DNA of 61,469 bases, the filler included. It is 6 parts of 6 records of this genome, joined end to end, with 100 filler letters (N's around TTAATTAATTAA, not from the genome) between each part and the next. Parts side by side here need not be neighbours in the genome. Positions count along the whole stretch, not along the records: positions 1 to 16,367 come from SRR20825006_1818; positions 16,468 to 30,543 come from SRR20825006_1827; 4 more parts are not named here. The stretch is one strand, 5' to 3'. The translations under genes and the position numbers were made by a program. A model generated the notes under the pieces. That model did no database searches, had not been told where the DNA came from, and saw only the letters and a program-made list of their open reading frames with translations. This document shows positions 9,407-17,451 of this stretch, one piece after another; positions within the stretch are counted from its first letter, which is position 1; every line of letters starts with the position of its first letter.

Positions 9407-10525
9407 GTGAGTGGAATAGCTGTGACGAAGGGACGTGCTGCCGAAAAGCTCGAAAAAGCATGGGCGGCGGCCGACAGCTCTGCTGGACAATATGAAGTGC
9501 CGCTTGTCGGCATATTCGGTCGTGGCGTGCCCGAGGGCCTAGTGGCGGCGGCGGGCGCGGTGCCGGTTCATGTCAATTTCGGCAAGGCCCCTGACCAGAC
9601 GCCGATGCAGGCGGTAATCGAGCCATTTGTCGATCATGAGGTCCGTGTCTTTCTCAATCGCTTCGCGCTGGGCGCGTTTGACGGCATGTCGGGTCTTGTT
9701 TTTGCCCGGGACGATGCCGCGGCTTTGACCGCCTATCAATACGCCAATGAATGGGTGCGGCAGGGGCGGGCTTCTGCCGATGCGCCGCCATTGTTCCTGT
9801 TCAATCTTGTGCATGCGAGACGTGAAGCGGTGTCCCGTTTCAACCAAATCCAGTGTGACAAGCTGATCGCGTTTCTGGCTGCTATCGGACTTGGCAAGCC
9901 GGACAATGAACCACTCGAGATGGCGGCAGCCGATGCCGTGCGGCGCGCCAAAGCGCTGGAAGTAGTGCATGCGTGCGCGCCGGCGGCAGATGCAACTAGG
10001 TGGCGCCAGGCCGGGCGGTTCATGAGTGCACGGGACCATGCAGAATTGCTTGAGCAAGTGGTTCAAGACGCCGAGAACGCAGAGTTATCCGGCCCGCGTT
10101 TGGCCCTTGTCGGATCGCCATTTGATGATCCGGATTTCTTTGCAGTGCTTGATCGCATCGGGGTTCTGGTGACGGACCTGCAGGCCTATGGCCACATCTG
10201 GCCAGGCGCATGGGAGACGGCAATCGATCCCGATAGCTTACGAACCGCGCTTGCCGATGACCCTTTTTGCCCGCGTATCGTGCCGCCCAGCAGACATCGG
10301 GATGCTCTGCTCGACGCCATTGTCGCCGCACGATGCGATCTGGTGGTGTGCCAATTGGCGCAAACCGATGACAGTTTTGGCTGGGAGGTGCCGGGGCTGG
10401 CGGAAGCGCTTGCTGAGCACGGGATCGGCTTCGTCAATTTGGGATTTCGGGATCCGCGGCCAACCCCCGAATGGCTGGCCGAGGCGGAACGAGGCCTGAA
10501 TGCCGCATTGGAGGCCGCCGCGTGA
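9407..10525 (+). CDS. 2-hydroxyacyl-CoA dehydratase family, beta-like subunit (HadC/HgdB-like) with atypical cluster ligands
   Basis: VPEGLVAAAGAVPV, GAFDGMSGLVF, GPRLALVGSP and DLVVCQLAQTDDSFGWE match the HadC/FldC layout by eye; GTG start. Confidence 0.78.
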   Translation: MSGIAVTKGRAAEKLEKAWAAADSSAGQYEVPLVGIFGRGVPEGLVAAAGAVPVHVNFGKAPDQTPMQAVIEPFVDHEVRVFLNRFALGAFDGMSGLVFARDDAAALTAYQYANEWVRQGRASADAPPLFLFNLVHARREAVSRFNQIQCDKLIAFLAAIGLGKPDNEPLEMAAADAVRRAKALEVVHACAPAADATRWRQAGRFMSARDHAELLEQVVQDAENAELSGPRLALVGSPFDDPDFFAVLDRIGVLVTDLQAYGHIWPGAWETAIDPDSLRTALADDPFCPRIVPPSRHRDALLDAIVAARCDLVVCQLAQTDDSFGWEVPGLAEALAEHGIGFVNLGFRDPRPTPEWLAEAERGLNAALEAAA

Positions 10526-11796
10526 CCTATCAACCTCTCGCGGCTACGGCCGCCGCTACTGATTATCAGCGAGCCTGGGCGAAAGACTTGCGCCGCCAGA
10601 TCACCTCCGGCGCGCAATATGCCTTCGTCAATGCCGACACACCGCATGAATTGTTTCATGCCATGGGCATGCCCATCGTCACCAATCAGTGGTGGTCGGC
10701 GGTCATCGCGGCCAAGCAGCTCTCGCAATATTACTTCGACTATATGCACGCGCAGGGCTTTCACGGACGGTTGGCGCGCTATTCCAGTCTGCCGCTGATT
10801 GCCGAGCTTGAAGGCGATACCGAACGCCAACCCTGGGGTGGTCTGCCCAGGCCGGCCATGCTTTGCGCGCGACTCAGCGCAGACGACCACGGCAAGATTT
10901 TCTCGCTCTGGGCGGAGCGGACAGGCGCCTCGCTGACCTTGCTCTCGGCACCAGCCGTGCCTGATCCGCAGCCGGATTGGTGGCGCCTGGCCCGCGAGGA
11001 CTGGGAAGACCTCTATCATGGGGACCGGCTCGACCTCATGGTGGCCGAGTTCGAAGGGCTGATCGGTGAGATCGAGGCATTGACCGGTCGAAAGTTCGAT
11101 CCGGAAGCGTTTGCCCGCTACATGGACGCGATCGATCGGCAGGAAGAGATTTTTGAAGAGGCAAGCGCGCTGGTTGCGACGGCGCCCCAATGCCCGATCC
11201 GCATTTCCGAGCAGATCCCCAATGTGATGATCCCGCAATGGCATCGCGGCTCTGACTGGGCTGTGGACCATGCACGGCGGTTCCGCGATGAACTGGCCGA
11301 GCGCGTCCAGGCGGGAGTCTCGGTGGTAGAGAATGAAAAGATCCGCATGATGTGGATCGGCGCCGGCCTCTGGTTCGACACCAGCTTCTATGCCGCGTTT
11401 GAGGAAAGCCATGGCGCGGCTTTTGTGTGGTCGATGTATCTGCCCTTTGCGGCAGATGGCTATCGGCGGGCCAGCAATGGCGACCCCCTGCGCGCGCTGG
11501 CGGCACGGGTGTCGGCAATGAACGAGCAATTGCACCAGCCGCCCTGGGTCAATGCCTGGATGGTGGAACAGGCTCGAAAAAATCGCATCGACGTGGCCCT
11601 GATGCTGATCCCGCAGCATGACCGGTTTTCCGGGCATGGGTCGCTGTTCGCCAAGCAGGCGCTGGAGGCGGCGGGCGTAAGGGTAATCGAGGTTTGGTCC
11701 GACATGGTTGACCAGCGCGACTGGGATCGCGATGCCGTCGTCGGGCGCATTACGCCGGTGCTCGACACGGTGCTGGAAGAGAAGCGTTTGACATAG
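10522..11796 (+). CDS. 2-hydroxyacyl-CoA dehydratase family, alpha-like subunit (HadB/HgdA-like) with atypical cluster ligands
   Basis: PHELFHAMGM...SAVIAAK, GLPRP, LTGRKFDPE, NEKIRMMWIG, DMVDQR; GTG start at 10522 overlaps the previous stop (GTGA). Confidence 0.85.
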   Translation: MTYQPLAATAAATDYQRAWAKDLRRQITSGAQYAFVNADTPHELFHAMGMPIVTNQWWSAVIAAKQLSQYYFDYMHAQGFHGRLARYSSLPLIAELEGDTERQPWGGLPRPAMLCARLSADDHGKIFSLWAERTGASLTLLSAPAVPDPQPDWWRLAREDWEDLYHGDRLDLMVAEFEGLIGEIEALTGRKFDPEAFARYMDAIDRQEEIFEEASALVATAPQCPIRISEQIPNVMIPQWHRGSDWAVDHARRFRDELAERVQAGVSVVENEKIRMMWIGAGLWFDTSFYAAFEESHGAAFVWSMYLPFAADGYRRASNGDPLRALAARVSAMNEQLHQPPWVNAWMVEQARKNRIDVALMLIPQHDRFSGHGSLFAKQALEAAGVRVIEVWSDMVDQRDWDRDAVVGRITPVLDTVLEEKRLT

Positions 11797-11823
11797 TTCA
11801 TTTAATGAACCATTATGGTTCAT
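11788..11823 (+). promoter_or_regulatory. Internal promoter with putative MarR operator, copy 3
   Basis: TTGACA(11788)-N17-CATTAT; CATAGTTCAT-TTA-ATGAACCATT at 11792-11814, then an extra half site ATGGTTCAT. Confidence 0.75.
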
Positions 11824-11865
11824 AACAAGATCGGCGATAGCCGGCAGTGGAATGGGAGGAGCGCG

Positions 11866-13008
11866 ATGGGCGCGCTGGACGGTCTCAAGATCGCCGATTT
11901 TTCCTGGGTGGGTGCGGGTCCTCGCGCTACCAAGGATCTTGCCGATAATGGCGCCACGGTCATCAAGATCGAGTCGCGGAAGCGGCCCGATCTGGGGCGA
12001 CTGTCCCCTCCTTTTGCCGGCGGACGCAAAGACCTCGACGGGTCGGCGTTTTTTGCCCAGACCAATACTTCCAAGAAAAGCGTCACCATCAATCTCACGA
12101 CCGAACAAGGTGTCGCGATTGCCCGGAAACTGGTGGCGTGGGCTGATGTCGTGGTCGAGAACTTTGGACCCGGCTATATGGAGCGGATCGGCCTTGGCTA
12201 TGATGCGCTCAAGGCCATCAAGCCCGACATCATTCTGGCCAGCGTTTCAGTGGCCGGGCGTAGCGGGCCGATGGCCGGGTTTCGCGGCTATGGCAATTCC
12301 GCTGCGGCCCATTCCGGCCATGCGGCACTGACTGGTTGGCCCGAACGTGATCCACATATGCCACCGCTTGCCTATGGCGATGTCGTCGCGCCCATGTTCG
12401 CGACAGTGGCCATCCTGGGCGCGCTGGAGCATCACGCGCGCACCGGAGAGGGGCAGCATCTCGACATTTCGCAGATCGAGCCCATGGTGCATGTCATTGC
12501 CGATCTCTATGCGTGCGAGAGCATGCCGGCCAAGGCGGGCAATGACGATCCTGATTACGTCCTGCATGGCGTGTTTCCCTGTCGTGGTGAAGACAAGTGG
12601 GTCGCCATTGCCGTGCGGGATGAGGCGGAGCTGGACAAGCTGGCCGCCGCGCTGAAGCTCGGCGCGCGCCCTGATCCCAAAAATGTTGCCGAAGCGACCG
12701 CGAGCTTCGCGGTGGCGGAACTTGCCGCAGCGCTCAATGCGCAGGGCATTGCGGCTGCGCCGGTGCTGGATGGCCGGGATATTGCGCAGAGCGCGGAGCT
12801 GGCCGCCGCCAACCATTTCGTGGCGCTTGATCACCCTGCCTTGGGTGTAGCGCGCATGCCAGCGCCTCCATATGTGCTGAGCGAAACACCCTGGGATATG
12901 ACGCGTGCGCCCCTCTTGGGGGAACACAATGTCGAAATGCTGGTCGAGATTGCCGGTCTGTCCCGCGATGAGATCGCCGCCCTCGAGAATGAGGGGGTGC
13001 TCGCATGA
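11866..13008 (+). CDS. CaiB/BaiF family III CoA-transferase, catalytic subunit (BbsF-like)
   Basis: LDGLKIADFSWVGAGP, VENFGPG, catalytic Asp in LAYGDVVA; GGGAGGA RBS supports the start at 11866. Confidence 0.9.
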   Translation: MGALDGLKIADFSWVGAGPRATKDLADNGATVIKIESRKRPDLGRLSPPFAGGRKDLDGSAFFAQTNTSKKSVTINLTTEQGVAIARKLVAWADVVVENFGPGYMERIGLGYDALKAIKPDIILASVSVAGRSGPMAGFRGYGNSAAAHSGHAALTGWPERDPHMPPLAYGDVVAPMFATVAILGALEHHARTGEGQHLDISQIEPMVHVIADLYACESMPAKAGNDDPDYVLHGVFPCRGEDKWVAIAVRDEAELDKLAAALKLGARPDPKNVAEATASFAVAELAAALNAQGIAAAPVLDGRDIAQSAELAAANHFVALDHPALGVARMPAPPYVLSETPWDMTRAPLLGEHNVEMLVEIAGLSRDEIAALENEGVLA

Positions 13009-14090
13009 AGCTCCTCGAAGGCATCAGGGTGCTTGAAATCGCTGATGGGCTTGTCGATTTCGGCGGGCGCATGCTGGCCGAGATGGGCGCCGATGTTGTT
13101 GTTGTCGTGTCCGAACAACAGCGGTCCCATGATCGCATTCTGGCCTGGCATCACGGCAAGACGCGCGTGGATGGCAAGGACAGCGCCGCCGTGATCGCCC
13201 TGGCGTGTCAGGCCGATATCGTGCTTGATGGTCAGCGCAATGGTGACCGTTTCGACCTGGCCGAAGCACTTCAGGGCAGGAACGAGACGATCCATATTCG
13301 CGTCTTCCCCGAGAGAGATAGCAGTCGGGCATCGACTGACCTGACGCTGATGGCGCAATCGAGCCTGATGGCCGTCACTGGCGACCCGGACATGCCACCG
13401 CTGCGTTTTCCGGGTGAACAGGCCTATGCGCTGACGGGCATTCAGGCAGCAACTGCGGCACTGATGGGCCTGTATGCGCGGCACCGAATCGGCCGGGGGC
13501 AGCGCGTGGATGTTTCGGCCCGGCAAAGTGTGACGCTGGCGAGTTATCGCGAAGCAATCATGTATGAATGGACCGGCCGTGTCGGCCGGCGCAACGGCAA
13601 TCTGCTGGTGCGCGGCAAGTCCGGGGTGCGGCAAATCTGGGCGGCACGCGATGGGCATGTCACCTGGTCGATGATCGACAATCCCCCGATGATGCGAGCC
13701 CTTATGACCGTGCTGGTCGAACAGGGCGTTGCTGGTGAACTGGCTGATGTCGATTGGGACAATACCCTGGTCGCAGACCTGCCTCAGGAGACGATCGAGC
13801 GCTGGCAGACGATCGTTGGTGCGTTCTTTGCGTCCCAGGACAAGGCTCAACTCGGCCGTTGGTCCCTGGAGAAGGGCTGGGGTCTTTCGGTGATCAATAC
13901 GCCCGATGAAGTGCGCGAAAACGCACATCTGACCGCGCGCGGCCTGTTTGTGACAGTCGAGGACGAGGAGCAGGGGCGCAGTGTTTCCCTGCCAGGGCCG
14001 CTGTTCCACTCTTCATTCGTGCAGGACGTTCCGGAACGGACGCTGAAGGCTCCCGTCAAGGCGAGCAGTATTGCCCGGTGGGCGAGATGA
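13005..14090 (+). CDS. CaiB/BaiF-fold protein lacking the catalytic Asp (BbsE-like partner subunit)
   Basis: LEGIRVLEIAD...GRMLAEMGADV; RFPGEQAYALTG has Tyr where the Asp is expected; ATGA-coupled to the upstream gene. Confidence 0.82.
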   Translation: MKLLEGIRVLEIADGLVDFGGRMLAEMGADVVVVVSEQQRSHDRILAWHHGKTRVDGKDSAAVIALACQADIVLDGQRNGDRFDLAEALQGRNETIHIRVFPERDSSRASTDLTLMAQSSLMAVTGDPDMPPLRFPGEQAYALTGIQAATAALMGLYARHRIGRGQRVDVSARQSVTLASYREAIMYEWTGRVGRRNGNLLVRGKSGVRQIWAARDGHVTWSMIDNPPMMRALMTVLVEQGVAGELADVDWDNTLVADLPQETIERWQTIVGAFFASQDKAQLGRWSLEKGWGLSVINTPDEVRENAHLTARGLFVTVEDEEQGRSVSLPGPLFHSSFVQDVPERTLKAPVKASSIARWAR

Positions 14091-15271
14091 CCGGGGCGCT
14101 TGCGGGCCTGAAAGTTCTCGACTTCTCCCGTCTGCTGCCGGGACCCTATTGCAGCTGGCTGCTGGCCGATATGGGGGCGGAGGTCATCCGGGTGGAAAAC
14201 CCGCGCGAGGTCAGCAAGCAGGCAAAGGTGTTCGGGTGGGACAAGCTTGCCGAGGCCGAACGCCGCCGGCTGCGCGAAAGCGATATTCTGGCCCGCAACA
14301 AACGTTCCATACTGCTCGATATCGGGCATGAGGACGCCCAGCCCGTGCTGCATGCACTGGCAAAGACGGTGGATATCGTGATCGAGGATTATCGGCCCGG
14401 CGTTTTGGTGGGGCTCGGCCTGGGTCATGAGGCGCTTTCGGCCATCAATCCCGAATTGATCTATGCCAGCCTGACGCTTTGCGGGCAGACGGGCCCCTAT
14501 CGCGACAAACCCGGGCATGACCCGGTGGCACTCTCGATTGCCGGGGTGCAATCGCGGATCGGCGAAGACCCTGATGCGCCCAGTTTTGCCGGCATTCCAG
14601 CGGCCGATGTGATTACCGGCACCCATGCCGCTTTCGCCATACTTGCGGCTGTGCATGAGCGGGGCCGGACGGGCAAGGGACGGCATGTCGACGTGGCCAT
14701 GAGCGATTGCGCCATGAGCCTTCTGGTAAACGTGCTGTCGCGTCATCCTGACCCGGCCCAGATTCCACCGCGCGGTACGCGACGGGCGGATATGGGCTTG
14801 TGGCGCACGCGGGACGACAAATTCATCTGCACCACTGATATGGAGCCGCGCTATTGGCGGACATTTTGCGAGACGGTGGGCAGGCCAGACTTCGTGCCGC
14901 TGCAGAACGACATCGAGAGCCGCCCCGCCATCCGGGAAGCACTCGAAGCGATCTTTCTGCAGAAGGACCAGGCCGTATGGCTTTCCATCCTGGACGCAGC
15001 GGGCACGCAGTTTGCGCCTGTCCATGAGGTCGCCGACGCTCTTGCCGATCCACATAATCGTGATCGGGGCATGGTGGTCGAAGCCGTTGGTGGAGATGGC
15101 AGGACCATAAGGCAGATCGGCGCGCCGGTTCGTCTTGAGGCGGGCAGTGCGGTGCGTTGGCTTGGGCATATGCCCGGCCAGGACACGCCGTCCGTTCTGT
15201 CCGATCTGGGATTGAGCCAGACGGCACAGGAGCAACTGAGGAGGAGCGGCGCGCTGGGCGCCGAAAACTAG
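14087..15271 (+). CDS. CaiB/BaiF family protein, alpha-methylacyl-CoA racemase-like
   Basis: DFSRLLPGPYC, PGHDPVALSIAG (GHD motif), PAADVITG; ATGA overlap at 14087. Confidence 0.82.
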   Translation: MTGALAGLKVLDFSRLLPGPYCSWLLADMGAEVIRVENPREVSKQAKVFGWDKLAEAERRRLRESDILARNKRSILLDIGHEDAQPVLHALAKTVDIVIEDYRPGVLVGLGLGHEALSAINPELIYASLTLCGQTGPYRDKPGHDPVALSIAGVQSRIGEDPDAPSFAGIPAADVITGTHAAFAILAAVHERGRTGKGRHVDVAMSDCAMSLLVNVLSRHPDPAQIPPRGTRRADMGLWRTRDDKFICTTDMEPRYWRTFCETVGRPDFVPLQNDIESRPAIREALEAIFLQKDQAVWLSILDAAGTQFAPVHEVADALADPHNRDRGMVVEAVGGDGRTIRQIGAPVRLEAGSAVRWLGHMPGQDTPSVLSDLGLSQTAQEQLRRSGALGAEN

Positions 15272-15291
15272 GTCTCACAAGGGAGGAATTG

Positions 15292-16305
15292 ATGAGCCTG
15301 AAACTGACGACTTTGACGGTGCTGGTGACCACGGGTCTGGCTGCCCTTATGGGCGGAGCCATGGCACAGGAATTCCAGCTGAACTATGCCTCGCCCTATT
15401 CGCCGACCCACCCCTATGGTGCGGCCGACGCGGAGTGGATCGAGCGCATTCAGGAGCAAACAGATGGTCGTGTGGCTATCACGCCGTTCTGGGGTGGCTC
15501 GCTGATCACCAGTCGCGAAGGTGTTGACGAGCTGGCGGCCGGCGTCGCGGACATTTCCTATATCGCGCCGATCTATGCCCGGTCCGGCTATGATCTCAAT
15601 CGGCTAACACCGCAGCTTTTCTATGGCTATGCCGACGCGCAGGAAGTGCTGCGGGTCTATCTCGAGCTCTGGGAGGACTATCCCCAATATGCCGAGGAAC
15701 TCGATGGCGTGAAGGTGCTTGGCTTCAATGTGGGCACGCCCATGCATCTGATGCTGCGCGAAAAGCCCTTCGAGAAAATCGAGGATCTGCAGGGCCTGCG
15801 TATTCGTTCGGCCGTAGACTATGTCGGCGCGCTGGCCAGCTATGGGGCCGAAGGCGTCACCATGCCGATGACCGATACCTATCCCTCGCTCCAACGTGGC
15901 GTGCTGGATGGGGTCATCGCGCCCTATGAAGCGCTCAAGTCGCTGAGCTTTGCCGAAGTGGTGAGTTATTACTCCGAACTGCCCCACAGCCGCGGCGCCT
16001 ATCCATCGCGGGCCATGAATGGCGATGTCTGGGGCAGCCTGCCCGAGGATATCCAGCAGGTGTTCGAGGACAATATCGACTGGCTGACCCAGGCTACTTA
16101 TGAAAACGCACAGGCGGCCGAGGATGAAGGCAAGGCCTATGGCGAAGAACTGGGCGTTGTGTTCAACGCTGTCGATCCGGCCGTTGTCGCGAACTATTCC
16201 GAGGCCTTTGCGGACTCGGCACAGCAAACCGCCGAGCAGCTCGATGCCGCCGGCCTGCCGGGCACCGAAATCCTTGGCAAGATCCGGGCGGCGCACGGCG
16301 AGTAA
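15292..16305 (+). CDS. dctP: TRAP transporter substrate-binding protein
   Basis: Signal peptide ending AMA-QE; DLQGLRIRS with the carboxylate-binding Arg; YPSLQRGVLDG; GGGAGG RBS before 15292. Confidence 0.9.
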   Translation: MSLKLTTLTVLVTTGLAALMGGAMAQEFQLNYASPYSPTHPYGAADAEWIERIQEQTDGRVAITPFWGGSLITSREGVDELAAGVADISYIAPIYARSGYDLNRLTPQLFYGYADAQEVLRVYLELWEDYPQYAEELDGVKVLGFNVGTPMHLMLREKPFEKIEDLQGLRIRSAVDYVGALASYGAEGVTMPMTDTYPSLQRGVLDGVIAPYEALKSLSFAEVVSYYSELPHSRGAYPSRAMNGDVWGSLPEDIQQVFEDNIDWLTQATYENAQAAEDEGKAYGEELGVVFNAVDPAVVANYSEAFADSAQQTAEQLDAAGLPGTEILGKIRAAHGE

Positions 16306-16315
16306 GCATCCCTCC

Positions 16316-16343
16316 GTGCCGCGCGCCTTCGGGCGCGCGGTGC
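16316..16343 (+). other. Very stable stem-loop with a cUUCGg tetraloop after dctP
   Basis: GTGCCGCGCGCC-TTCG-GGCGCGCGGTGC; no U tract; next ATG (probably dctQ) at 16365 is cut by the gap. Confidence 0.65.
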
Positions 16344-16367
16344 ATCCTGTTCGGCGGAGCTGCCATG

Positions 16368-16467
16368 NNNNNNNNNNNNNNNNNNNNNNNNNNNNNNNNN
16401 NNNNNNNNNNNTTAATTAATTAANNNNNNNNNNNNNNNNNNNNNNNNNNNNNNNNNNNNNNNNNNNN
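16368..16467. other. Artificial contig linker
   Basis: N44-TTAATTAATTAA-N44 (stop codons in all frames). Confidence 0.99.
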
Positions 16468-16492
16468 TGCCTTACCACTTGGCTACATCCCA
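16468..16492 (-). tRNA. tRNA-Gln, 5' fragment truncated by the contig end
   Basis: Minus strand TGGGATGTAGCCAAGTGGTAAGGCA = acceptor strand and D-arm typical of tRNA-Gln; promoter TTGCAC-N17-TAATTA at 16532-16504; anticodon not visible. Confidence 0.8.
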
Positions 16493-16680
16493 ACGTGGGG
16501 GGCTAATTAGTCGCTTGCTGGGAAGTGTGCAAGCCCTTTTCGTGAAATTCTTTGACTTGGAATGAAAGAATTTGCCGGAGGCCCTAACTGCGGTTTCCGA
16601 TAGGGCCTCTCTCCGGATTTTATCGAGGCGGAGAGAGGATATGCGGGGCATCAGGCGCGGGCGCGGTTTTGCTTTGGTCC

Positions 16681-17190
16681 CTATTGGCCAAAGTCCGCAA
16701 GCGTCACTACGCCGTCGCCTGAGCGGTCCATACGGGCAAACCATTGCGCGCCATTGCCGATGAATTCGTCGCGCGTGACCACGCCGTCGCCATTCATGTC
16801 ATTGAAGCGTCGGGTCATGGCGTCTTGAACGGCGTCAATGCCGACCGCCATTTGGCTCATGCCCTGATCTTGGCTCTGACCCTGACCCATAGCTTGGCCT
16901 TGTCCCGGAACACTCCCGTATGCCTCAAGATGCATTTCGCGGTCTGCGGCGCGGGTTTCGTCAAACATGGCATATTCGTCGTCATTCAACATGCCATCTT
17001 CATTGGCGTCAAACATGTAAAACAAATCGCCACGACGCTCTTGCACCTCGGCAAGCGTCACTTGACCATTTTCATCCAAATCCCAGTTGGTCATGAACTC
17101 CGCACCAAACCCCTGTGCCAATGTGAGGCCGGGCAGGGCGGCGAGGGGGAGGGCGGCCAGCAGGGCAAGCGACAGGGGGAAGCGTTTCAT
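16681..17190 (-). CDS. Secreted EF-hand calcium-binding protein
   Basis: Signal peptide; four EF loops DLDENGQVTLAE, DANEDGMLNDDE, DMNGDGVVTRDE, DRSGDGVVTLAD. Confidence 0.88.
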   Translation of the reverse strand: MKRFPLSLALLAALPLAALPGLTLAQGFGAEFMTNWDLDENGQVTLAEVQERRGDLFYMFDANEDGMLNDDEYAMFDETRAADREMHLEAYGSVPGQGQAMGQGQSQDQGMSQMAVGIDAVQDAMTRRFNDMNGDGVVTRDEFIGNGAQWFARMDRSGDGVVTLADFGQ

Positions 17191-17336
17191 GATGCGATCC
17201 TTTCACATTCCGCGTGTTGAATGCTTTTAATACGCGGGGCCTGTGCCACTCCGTCGTGCCAAACTGTCGCAGGGGGGGGCAAATACAAGGACCCGCACGA
17301 CCCTTTGCTGAGGGCGGGCCATCATGATTTCAGGTT

Positions 17337-17451
17337 TAAAGCGTTCCGCCTTTCTCCTGAGACAGGGCAAAGGCGTGACGCCGCCAGACGTATCAATGGT
17401 GTGGACGTTTCGCCATAAACCCGTGAGTCAGGTTTATAGCGCAACGCTTTA
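17337..17451. repeat. Short palindromic MITE/RIME-like element
   Basis: Terminal inverted repeats TAAAGCGTT...AACGCTTTA, two internal hairpins; one end is the kpsE stop codon. Confidence 0.6.

Noticed and set aside
9407-11796. Benzoyl-CoA reductase (bcrBC/badDE) call, or pseudogene call
   Set aside because: No ATPase subunits or ring-cleavage genes and the cluster Cys are missing; ORFs are full length, coupled and have an operator, which argues against decay
10186-15235. Long antisense ORFs (640, 392 and 462 aa) across the HAD/CoA-transferase cluster
   Set aside because: Mirror frames of real genes with Arg/His/Gly-rich composition and no RBS or domain evidence
16368-16467. Repeated TTAATTAATTAA motif (five copies) as a biological repeat or CRISPR
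   Set aside because: Always centred in 44+44 Ns; it is an artificial six-frame-stop linker. No CRISPR array was seen anywhere in the window
17230-17275. Sigma54 promoter (TGGCAC) upstream of the EF-hand gene
   Set aside because: Two minus-strand TGGCAC hexamers, but neither has TTGC at the required -12 spacing
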